Assembly: GCF_037042905.1 (NCBI RefSeq)
Contig: NC_087252.1
Span: 6,510,001 to 6,574,000, forward strand
Source: Lytechinus pictus
Taxonomy: Eukaryota
DNA length: 64,000 nucleotides
Direction of reading: 5' to 3'
A model generated the notes under the pieces. It did no database searches, had not been told where the DNA came from, and saw only the letters and a program-made list of their open reading frames with translations. Positions 48,601 to 59,406 of this stretch are shown piece by piece. Numbering within the stretch: position 1 is the first letter of the stretch; every line of letters begins with the position of its first letter. The translations under genes and the position numbers were made by a program.

Positions 48601-50982
48601 ATTTATGTCCGAATATTAACCGGGAAACAAAATCATACACATTAATCATGATAACAAAGATCTTACCAGTCCCAACATGCATTGGGGTTTCCGCCCATCT
48701 GTTTTGCAATGGTTTGTGGGTAGATAATGATGATATCATTAAGGTCAGCCACTTCGTTATAGCCAGAATATCTGATGTAAGCGTCATTGATTGCATCACT
48801 GTCAAGATAAAAGAAAATCTTGGTGCACTGACAATTCCGGGTGAGAGGGTGGGGAGGGGGGGGGGGGGTTAATCCCCTGTCCTTTGCACAAGTTGAAATT
48901 GTGATGAAGTTGTAATAGGAACTTTTCTTCTCCCCCCCCCCCCACCATCCGCAGACCTAGCCCTATGGGGCTTTATTCTTCCCTATATGTTTTCTAAAAG
49001 TTGTATTTTACGTGAATGGTCCCTTTTCCACTGAGAGCCTCATAATCAGCGAACTTCTACTAATATCTGGCATTCTCTATATACTTTACACAGCAAATAT
49101 AATTAAACGGCATGCACTGGATACGATTGGTTAAAAGTTCCCATATGTAATAACACAGACACCGAATATATTACAAATTTTACTATAGCTGGTATAAAGT
49201 GCACCATCGTCTATAAGGTCCACCCGATTGTGTTTAAGCACATATGACCCACGTTGAGTATTTACGCTCGTCACGCTCTGTATTTTTCAAAATAAAGCTT
49301 TATCATATGTAAAATGCATGGGTAGTGTATTCGGAGCAAATAATCATTATTCAATAATTGATAAACAGGCATACGGGTCTATAGACAAAGGAAATGCAGT
49401 ATAACTTGATCCGGTGACGATCAAATATGGAATGGTATTATAGATCTTATCACTTACTACTGCATTAAACAACCATGGAGGGCTATGTGTATCCTACAAT
49501 CTGAAAGGAAAAAAATAACGATAATAATGAATATCGCTCTGTCGTACAGAGGGGGCCTTGGTGGTAATGGACTCCCAACGATTTTCACGACCAAGGAAAA
49601 AAATTTGAAAAAAAAGAAACAAACGAAATTGATGCAGAAATAAAGAATGAGAGCAAGTTGAACAAAAACTTAAAAAGCGGATGAACATGACCTCATATAA
49701 TTTGAACTTTTGACCCATAGATGACCTTTGATGCCATCATTTTCATGGGGTCACATGTGGTATTATCCAAGGATCAGATATATCAAGTATGAACATAAAT
49801 GATTAAAAAATCAAGAAATGAGAGCAAGTTGAACAAAAACTTTAACATTTTCGAACAGACCAACAGACCGACGGATATGACGGACCAATAGCATGAATAG
49901 ACTAAGAGACTAGCAGACCAACGGGAAAAGTGATTACTAAGTTTCTGCTGAGCTTCGTTTAGGCGAGACAAAAAAGAGAGGAAAAAGGATGAAATGTGTT
50001 TCTATCTCTTTAATATTTTGTCAAAATTTACCACACTCTGTTTTTACGAAGTGAAATACACTGTTTTGTGCCTGAAAATGTATCAAAATTTAATGAATGC
50101 CAATGGAACTTCGAGTACGAACATAATAATGGCGTGAAGAGCCAAATATGTTGAGGGGGTGAGGAATGGCGTGACGTGGACCAAAGTTTTCCATTAAGAC
50201 AAATTTTGGCATTTTTTTTATTTCCCTTTCCTTTTCTTTCTTTTCTCCTCTTTTTAGTCGTGAAACTTCTGGTGTTCTATGCGCCTCAACCACCACGCAT
50301 CTTTACGCCAGGGCCCCGTTGCATGAAAAATTACCATTATGGTAACTTTGCTATCCAATAATGGTAACTTCCCTGAAATCTTTGATTCTGATTGGCTGTG
50401 GATCATCGTTACCATTGTAGTTACTATTGGATGGCAATAATGGTAACTTTTATGCAACTTTTAGGCAATTATGCGATGAAAGAATGCAAATGTTAAGGCG
50501 TAAATTAAAGTACACCCACTGCTCTAAAACTGCTCGAAAATATACTTCCAACAAAAACACAGCGATTTTGAAAACAATGTTAGTTATATCATAAACGATT
50601 ATATGTATATTTGCGAAGCGAACTTAAAAAAATGCATTGTAATCAATTAATAGCAAGAACAGAATAAATGCAAATGTTCAAATGCCGTCAAAACAAGGCA
50701 AAATAGAAATTGTTAATGACGTCCAGACGAAACGATATCAAATATTTGGCATACAAAATGATAGATTAATCATAGTCTGAACGCAAGGGTAAAATGCTTA
50801 CTAGATGCGTCGCCAAGGCAACCAGGTGGTACATAAACAAAGCCAGTATCAGCCACACTCTCCTTTGCTGCGTTTTCGTTTTTGAAAAACTCAGTTTGGT
50901 CGAATTCGAACATCTGTAATCGAGGATTGTGAATATTTTTAAATCAGTTTTTGTCGCAAAAGCTGTTGTAAATGTATAACTT

Positions 50983-51023
<41 letters not shown>

Positions 51024-51309
51024 TTATAAAGTAATCACAAAAGGTTTAGTAAATGCCGTGGAAATAAAATCGTGGAAATAAAATCTGTTTCTGAAACAGT
51101 CGTGAAAAACACGTCTGTTTTCACGACTGTTAGAAACGGATTCTGAATTCTCTTTTTTTTGTCACATCATGGGCACTGACGAAGAGTGTGACTTTACCTT
51201 TCATTTTTGAGAGCTATGCTCCTTTTAAAATCTACGATTTTATTTCCACGGCATTTACTAAACCTTTTGTGATTACTTTATTCCATATGCCGAAGCAGAC
51301 TATTTCTAA

Positions 51310-51371
<62 letters not shown>

Positions 51372-54300
51372 CTTGATATTGCTGAGAGAAAAGTTAATTT
51401 TATTCCCGACCAATCCAGCTCCCACCTCCCCTTAACACTCTAAATTTACCCCCTCTGATATATATATATACACACATACACAGTGGTTGACAAAAGTAAA
51501 AATACAAAATTATGAACTTCATATAGAAACTGCACAGAAATCAGATTGGCTAAACTTTTGAGACACTCAAATAAGAAAGATGATCAAAATTAATCAAGAA
51601 AATAAATTTTTCTCTCATTGTTAAGCACGTGCCGGTTCACTTTGAATTACCTGTAGTTGAAACCTGGACTGAATGGCCCTTTATTTAGACCCGCGATGTA
51701 TATATTGAAGATGACAAAATACTCAGGCAAAATACTTACCTGCCCATTTTGACCAGTGCTCTCTGTCGGGGTCTAGATATATAAAACGGAAAATGAAAAA
51801 TGGTGTGATTAACAGGGCAGGGAAAACAATTCAGATTGTTTTCTCTACCCCCTGTTTAAGTTCCAGTCCAGGTTTGATTAAGATTTTAACACAAATATTG
51901 TATTATTTTCATTATCATTTTTACCATAAAAACAGAACAGATGTCGACTTTATGTTGATCGAATAAAAACACAAATATAAGTTTTGAGCAAGACAAATCA
52001 TGATCTTTATTCATGCAGGGGCGTCAATAGAAGGGGTATGAGGTGTGACCCCCCCCCCCATCCAACTCAGCTGAGGTAATCAAATACAATGGGTTCATGC
52101 ACATGCAATTGTAATCCAACCATAGTAATGATGATAATTGTTATTATAAGGCGACCTATGGTTATTATCATTACTGTCATCATCATCATCATCATCATCA
52201 TCATTATCATCATCACCCCATCATCTCTCATCATCATTACCACCATATCATCATNNNNNNNNNNNNNNNNNNNNNNNNNNNNNNNNNNNNNNNNNNNNNN
52301 NNNNNNNNNNNNNNNNNNNNNNNNNNNNNNNNNNNNNNNNNNNNNNNNNNNNNNNNNNNNNNNNNNNNNNNNNNNNNNNNNNNNNNNNNNNNNNNNNNNN
52401 NNNNNNNNNNNNNNNNNNNNNTATTCCCATTCAATGAGTCAGTAAAATAATAATACCTCAAGTCCTGGTCCATTGTAATGATAATAATTGTTATTATTAG
52501 TCGACCTATGGTTATTATCATTACTGCCATCATCATCATCATCATCATCATCTCTCATCATCATCACCCCACCACCACATCATCACCATCATCATCATCA
52601 TTATCATCATCAACACCCCATCATCTCTCATCATCATTACCACCACCACATCATCACCCCATCATCTCTCATCATCATTACCACCACCTCCACATCATCA
52701 TNNNNNNNNNNNNNNNNNNNNNNNNNNNNNNNNNNNNNNNNNNNNNNNNNNNNNNNNNNNNNNNNNNNNNNNNNNNNNNNNNNNNNNNNNNNNNNNNNNN
52801 NNNNNNNNNNNNNNNNNNNNNNNNNNNNNNNNNNNNNNTTCTCATTCAATGAGTCCGTTAAATAATAATACATCAAGTCCTGGTCCTATATAGTAATGAT
52901 AATAATTGTTATTATTAGGCGACCTATGGTTATTATTATTACTGTCATCATAATCATTATCGTCATCATCACCATCACCCCATCATCTCTCATCANNNNN
53001 NNNNNNNNNNNNNNNNNNNNNNNNNNNNNNNNNNNNNNNNNNNNNNNNNNNNNNNNNNNNNNNNNNNNNNNNNNNNNNNNNNNNNNNNNNNNNNNNNNNN
53101 NNNNNNNNNNNNNNNNNNNNNNNNAATCATCATCTTCATCACCATCTTCATCATCATCATCATCATCATCATGTTTGCGATAATTATTCCCATTCAATGA
53201 GTCGGTAAAATGATAATACCTCAAGTCCTGGTCCATAGAAATGATTCAGCATCTCAAAAGCAGCGTTATATCCACAGTTGTTGATATACGGTTCACCCAT
53301 ATAACCACACGGATTACCGTGCTTATCATGAACCTGTAATAGTAAATACAAAAAAATGTCGAGAAGGAATTAAAGTGATTGGTTAACATTGGTTTGACTT
53401 TTAAAAAATCTGAGCTAGAAGGTCGCACTTGTCACCTGAGTCTGTGATATGTTACAAAAATGAAGCCCAGAAAAAATTGCGTTCGAAAATAATTATTTAG
53501 TGCTTCAAAAATTGAAATATAAAGTGACCGAAAACACCATCTTAATTTCATCCTATACACTTATGTGTACTATTTAGGCGTCTATAAGACGCCTATTTAC
53601 AAAATCGGGGTTTGCCTTGTAGTTTTAGCTTTTCATTCTCAATAATGGTTGTTTTCTGGGTTTATTAGTTCTAACACATGCACTTGTACACATGTTTCAT
53701 CTTGGTTTGAGAATTTTTTAAATCGGCTGCTCACAAAGTTAAACAATACCTTTAATGACCTTTGTTTGTTTATCATGTATGTATTATTCTTTGTTTATCA
53801 TGTATGTATTATTGTATATATTATGAATTGTAAATGAAAACAAGAGTGGAAAAAATAAATTCAAATCAAAATAAATTCAAACATTCTTTCTTAAATTACC
53901 CATGCAGATTAAAGAGCATGACCCTTATATGGCATTGTTTAGATGGATATAAAGTACGTACATATAGGAACGAAAAGTCCGAGCAAAAAATTCAAACAAA
54001 TAGAAAGATCCTTATATTACCTTTGTTTAAACATGTTAAACAGATAAAAAGTATCAACAAACATTATTAAAACACTAAACTCAATTAAAATAAAAATTTA
54101 CTGACTCAAAATCCTCATATCGGCCTATCAGGAATAATGCAAGAAATGAAAAGGCAAAATAAAAACATCAATCAATACAGCAAAAAAAAATATCGAATGC
54201 TGAATCATGATTTATTTCTTCATATAGATTTGAAACAGCTAATTTATGATACAGATATTAAAAATCAATCAAATCTTACCATAGAATGTTCAGCAGGAAT

Positions 54301-57300
54301 CGTGTATTCGGTGAGGTAATTGTTGTCATCATAATTGAAATGGCGATAGTATTCCTCTGCAGCCTTGGCAACATCTATTAAACAAAATTATTAACTTATC
54401 AATATTAGAGTCAGGGGTGGTGCCACTACTGGGGGGGGGGGGTAGAGGTGACTGCCCCGTGATTAACCACGTAGTGAAGACGAAGAAAAAATTGTGAGAA
54501 AAGGCATGAAAGAGAAAAGGAATAGTGTAAAACAGAGAGGTCTGGCCGGTATATTAATACTACATACCCTATTATTCAATCGAAAAATTATCCCTCCAAA
54601 AATACCACGATATGCCCCCCCCTCCCCCCCCCCCATCAGAGTATAAACGTGGAATAAAGAAAAGATTATCCGATAATTTCGCAGCAGTGGCGGTTATGAG
54701 ACAAAATTAATTTATTCAAAATAGATTTATGGAATTAAGAATAGAACACAGCAGTATAAAAAACAGTCCAGTGGAACAATAGTTTTCGTCAGATATCAAT
54801 GGATGTTCAATTGGTAGGGATGATATAATCCTACAACTCGGCATAATATAGAATTGCATGTTTAGGGTCGTTTTCGGAAAATGAACCCCCCCCCAAAAAA
54901 AAAAAAAAAAAAAAAAACGAATGTTAATTATATTTCTTAATGCATTTTCAATATAATCGTGCATTTTTTAAAATAGACTTTATAAATAAAGAGAACGTAA
55001 TTCGTGAAACACACTTTGGTTGACTACGCCATCCCTTGTTCCACCGAAGACGTATATTTTATCGTTGATCATGTTGACTGGGTCATCAATTGTTCTCGTG
55101 CTGAGAGCGTATGAAGTTGGAAATCCAGCCAAGTAGTCTACATTAATGTCCCCGGTCTCCATACATTCACCTAGAGCTTTAAATAGATTAGCCTGAGCAC
55201 ACCAGTAAGGACCTGCGGAGAGTGAGGACACACAAATCACGAACTTACAAACTAAATAATCCATGGCTCTGTGAAGCGGTATGCTGCCTACTGTATATGT
55301 GTTATGGTAGCACGGTACCTCCTGAAAAATTAGGTTATGCTAAAAAGTAGAAGTTTTACCAAAATAACCTTAATTTTTTAAACTTTTTTTGTTGTTGGGG
55401 GGGGGGGGGCTTGTATTTTTTTGTCCAATCAGCACCCCCTCTTCACAAATCGTTCATAGGATCCTGCTCTCAGAACAGATATTGAAAGTAGAAAAAAAAG
55501 TAGGTACCTTTGCACAAATCGAATTTCGAAAACAAAGAAATCTGTCAGACATAGGGGAAAAATCGAGGTAGCTAATATAATGATATTATTTAACAATAAA
55601 AATTTTGCATGGTCCGGTAAAAACAAACCCCGACTTAACATAAAATATTCGACCAATATCAAGTTATGCATTGTTGTAGACGGATTCCCAACTGCATGCA
55701 TCGTGCAGTCGAATTTTTTTGCACACATAGGCCTAACTTATACCCCTTTCATAAACCCATCCTCCAATTAGCCGCCTAAGAGTAATGCGGATAATTCAAT
55801 AAAAATTGTGTTCACAAACTCCAAAAATAATCCGCACTATTTTTACGAGCGCCCGTCCTGAAAAAGGTGGATAATCGTCATGACAACTGCACACGCCCCC
55901 TTATCCGCATTATTTGAAAATGCGTTCATAAAGTCAAAATCTGGTCCCGATGCCGCTATTATGCGGATAATTGCAGCATCAACATACTGCGGATAACTCT
56001 GGTCCTCCTCCGATTTTACGACCAAATTATGCTGCTATTAGCCGCATAATTGGGTTTATGAAAGGGGTATTAAATTTTAGAAAGCGTCTTCAATTACAAA
56101 TATTGATAATCAAAAGGACGATTTTAAATATCACCTGTTACAATAATCATAATGAAGTGTATGTGACAAAAATAACTAATACTGACTTGTCGGCAAAAAA
56201 ATCACATTCTACCAATTAAACAGCAAAAATGTGATGTTAACCGGTGTACACAGAGGACCACACCAATTATTTTACACCGGTGTTAAACTGACAGTGTTAG
56301 TTTAACACTTATAGGTGTTATTACAACACCTTTGGTTGTTATATTTACACTCTTTGGTGTTGTGATCAATCTCTAGGGTGTAATTTTAACACCTCAGGGT
56401 TTGGTCCTCTGTTAACACCAACTGGTGTCAGTTTTATCACCACAGTTTTTACAGTGTACGTGCCATAGAATTCCCTTGATAGGCAGTGCACTTTAACTAA
56501 AGACTTGCCTTATACAGTGACCACACCCATATACTTACCTCCTGCGACCACGCCCACTCCCATGATGGAGGCGGAGTAAGCGACATGCACCTGTACGGCC
56601 ATGAAAGCTCCAGAAGATATTCCACTCACTGTAACCTGATCATTGTTTGCACCATAATGCTCTGTTTAATAAGATAATAATAATATACGAGTAGGTAAGG
56701 ACAGTTTCCATCCATTTGAGCAGTGGTGTTTTATGGTTCCATATGACACTTGGTCCGGCGACAATTGCTCCGATGGAAAATCTGCGCAATAAGCCAAACA
56801 TGAACCCTAACCTCCAAAACTAAATAAACCATACTCCTTCAATTATCTTTACATTATTCTGTACCAAACACTCTAGAAGTGAATTAAAACAAAATCTTAA
56901 GATGTGCAATAATGATGCTCATCTTTTTTTCAATAAAGGAAATCATGATCGCGTAATGTAGAATCATTTGTTATATCATAGTACTATTATATTCTTATTC
57001 TCTGATAAATCCATATTCATAAGAATTTGAAATTAAATGTTATGTTTAATATGCGTCAATTAGGTCGTCGACCTTTTTATCAATTATTTTATCCATATCG
57101 TTTAACTAGTTGTTTGAACAACTATCAAATATTGCTATTCCATCTGTTGGATTTCACACGGGAAAGACCTTATATATAACCTTTCTGTATCTTTATTCAA
57201 ACAAAGTAAGATGAGCCCCTTGAATTCTGGAAGGCGAGCTGGGTAAAAGTGCTCCTTGTGAGAAACTATGTGTCCAACCAACATTGGGCATTTCTTTTGG

Positions 57301-59406
57301 GCATTTTTATATATCCAGTGTCATGAAAATTTTGCCCATTCTAAAGCAATTGCTTCTTATTTTTAAACTTACTGGACAATATGCTTCCCGCATTGGGTAT
57401 AATACTGCCCCAAATTGGTTGGACACATAGTTACCCTCTAATTTCCCCAATATTTTGTTTACAGTGTGTTTATTGGGAAAAAGAATGTATATAAAAAGAT
57501 GAGGATAAGAAAGACAAATTTTTAAAGGCCAATTGGTTAGGTGAAAATCAAGGGGGGGGGGGGAAGGGGAGAGGCATGACCCTGGGAAGGTGAAGCCGAG
57601 GATGCTCGCACCCCCAAGATTTGTAGAAGGCGTTGCGTATTATACACCATAGGCAGCACCCCCTGGATGAAAACCATGTTGGTATGCTAAAAAGTAGAAA
57701 TTTAATCCAAATCACCTTTCTGGAGCGATTTTTTGCTTGTCATTTTTGGGGGACCAAAATTACCTTCGTTTGTAAAGAAAATCTTTTTTTTAACCAGAAT
57801 CCCGCCTCTTAAAAAAATGTTAACAGGGCCCTGGAGGGAGGGACCGAGAGAGGGAAAAGGGAGGGAGAGGGGAGGGGAAGAGGAGGGGTGGATTAAGATG
57901 GAACAAGGAGCGATTGTATATGAACACAAAATTATTCAACCTGATTTACAACTTATGGATTTTAAGGTTTTCTCCAATATCAATCTGTTTTAGTGTACAC
58001 TCTTAAACTTATGGGCGACATACTGTCCACACAACAATATTATTGGTTAAAAAATCCAACTCCGGGTATTTTTCAATTAATATAGTTTCACCCAAAGCAC
58101 ACATTATTGGTTTAAAACTACCCAGAATTTGATAAAATTTTAACCAATTGTTGTGTGGCCAGTATCTTGCCCAACATTTTTAAGAGTGTATACATTGGAT
58201 TGTTAAGTTTCAAATGTAATATAAATTGTCTGTTTGTCCTAATGAATTTGAGATGGGAAAACCGTATGTAATATAGGATTAATTTGGACATAATAACATG
58301 ATGGGTCTTATAAAAAGCTGATGAACTTGTGGGGTAGCCCCTCTGGTAACATGAATAAAGAGAATATCACAATATAGAAGACAGATTTTTTGTTATTTAT
58401 TAAAAAAAGGATTTAGTGATGGATGACTAAAAAAGAATATACTGACGAAAGGAAAAAGGTTGGGAAAGAGCAAAAAGGAATAAAATCGAGAGTCGGAAAA
58501 TCATAGAGAAAGATGATGGTGTGGTTATGTTTATCATATTCCAAAAAATATAAAGCAAACAACATGCAACATTATACTGGGGGAAAATCACGATGGTAAA
58601 ACACGAGGTTACACACGGGAGGGTCCCATGCACCGTAATGATTCGAGATAATAACACCAAATAATATCGATATATCAACACCAATGTGTTACTGTACATG
58701 CTGTAGGGATATTATTAAACTAGCCCCAAAGGGAGTATAATAACATTAACCAAACACCCCTGGTGTAAAATATGCTAGAAGACAGAATGGTGTGATTTAA
58801 AAATGCTGTTGTTTTGCAGTGTATAGGCCTACACAAAAGACAGTCTTAGGTGTTTAATAACATGTGTGCTTGAACAACGCCTTGTTGCCAAGGGAGGGGG
58901 AGGGGCGAACGACCCTGTGTCAGGGGCCGCGGAAGCGGAAGCGGGGGGGGGGGGGGGGGGCTGGGGAGCTTCAGCCCCCCACTTTTTTCCGAAACCGTGT
59001 ACAAAAACGTAAAAATGACCATAGGATTGTGATTTATTGCATGGTCAGCCCCCCCCCCACTTGTGGCTCAGCCCCCCCCCCCCACTTTGAAAACCGTTCC
59101 GCGGCCCCTGTTTGTTATTTCAATAAGTGAAATAAAAGAGGAGAAAAGGGACCAGAGTGAGAAAAGGGGAAGCGAGAAGGGAGAAGGAAAAAAAAGGAGT
59201 CACTGAGCTGAAACTCTATAATACTAATACTTTTAAATTCAATGCCAAAATGACGTCCCTTTTATTCCTCTAACAAAAACCCACTGCCGCCCCTGACATA
59301 ATTATAAAGAAGAAACAATTTATCACATACCTAGGGGAGGAGCGGCCGCCTGGCTTGTTGCAAACAAGATCGTTACAAGGAGAAGGTGAAGAAATTCGTG
59401 CGACAT
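45680..59406 (-). CDS. Secreted poly(3-hydroxybutyrate)/PHA depolymerase, fungal PhaZ-like type-II catalytic domain (11 exons, 337 aa)
   Basis: Exons 59406-59331, 56661-56539, 55212-55015, 54374-54280, 53333-53220, 51772-51740, 50913-50802, 49500-49458, 48798-48667, 46430-46405, 45741-45680. Total 1014 nt, all GT-AG, phases consistent. Protein: MSHEFLHLLLVTILFATSQAAAPPLEHYGANNDQVTVSGISSGAFMAVQVHVAYSASIMGVGVVAGGPYWCAQANLFKALGECMETGDINVDYLAGFPTSYALSTRTIDDPVNMINDKIYVFGGTRDGVVNQNVAKAAEEYYRHFNYDDNNYLTEYTIPAEHSMVHDKHGNPCGYMGEPYINNCGYNAAFEMLNHFYGPGLETPTESTGQNGQMFEFDQTEFFKNENAAKESVADTGFVYVPPGCLGDASNCRIHIALHGCLMQYDAINDAYIRYSGYNEVADLNDIIIIYPQTIAKQMGGNPNACWDWWGYASISYACNLAPQMDFMKQIIDRVTA. Confidence 0.93.
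46817..48570. mobile_element. PIF/Harbinger transposon, internally deleted, in depolymerase intron 9
   Basis: Imperfect TIR GCTGTGGTCACATCCCGTCGTAC / GTACGGCGGCTTGTGACCAGGGC; flanks TAA/TAG; CpG-rich subterminal regions; transposase remnant inside. Confidence 0.8.
47660..47770 (+). pseudogene. Harbinger (HARBI1-like) transposase fragment
   Basis: FRSRRALEPGLKLAITLRFLATGSKSLAYDFRMAHN matches the KLAITLRFLATG.S..SL...FR HTH region, with an apparent small deletion. Confidence 0.8.
51026..51281. repeat. Inverted repeat element between (CA)n/(TA)n microsatellites
   Basis: ATAAAGTAATCACAAAAGGTTTAGTAAATGCCGTGGAAATAAAATCGT and its exact reverse complement; (TA)n at 51311-51366. Confidence 0.85.
52120..53236. 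repeat. Complex (CAT)n-containing tandem repeat (~350-410-bp units, at least 3) with assembly gaps; unit includes the depolymerase exon 5 donor
   Basis: Repeated TAATGAT.ATAATTGTTATTA..GCGACCTATGGTTATTAT and CATTCAATGAGTC.GT.AAAT.ATAATAC.TCAAGTCCTGGTCC; N runs at 52255-52421, 52702-52838 and 52996-53124. Confidence 0.9.
53370..53755. mobile_element. TTAA-flanked MITE; related fragment at ~22437-22640
   Basis: TTAA|AGTGATTGGTTAAC..GTTAAACAATACCT|TTAA; shares ATATGTTACAAAAATGAAGCCCAG with the 22437 fragment. Confidence 0.78.
55741..56070. mobile_element. MITE
   Basis: TACCCCTTTCATAAACCCA / TGGGTTTATGAAAGGGGTA, with internal TGCGGATAA repeats. Confidence 0.8.
57998..58188. mobile_element. TA-flanked MITE (Tc1/mariner-type)
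   Basis: TA|CACTCTTAAA ... TTTAAGAGTG|TA. Confidence 0.7.
58921..59110. mobile_element. GC-rich MITE (2196 family) in depolymerase intron 1
   Basis: CAGGGGCCGCGGAA / TTCCGCGGCCCCTG with shared interior. Confidence 0.85.

Noticed and set aside
45680-59406. Bacterial or fungal contamination as the source of the depolymerase
   Set aside because: Ten spliceosomal introns up to 2.7 kb containing the same MITE families found elsewhere in the window (e.g. the 58921 and 53370 elements), contiguous with TOMM40.
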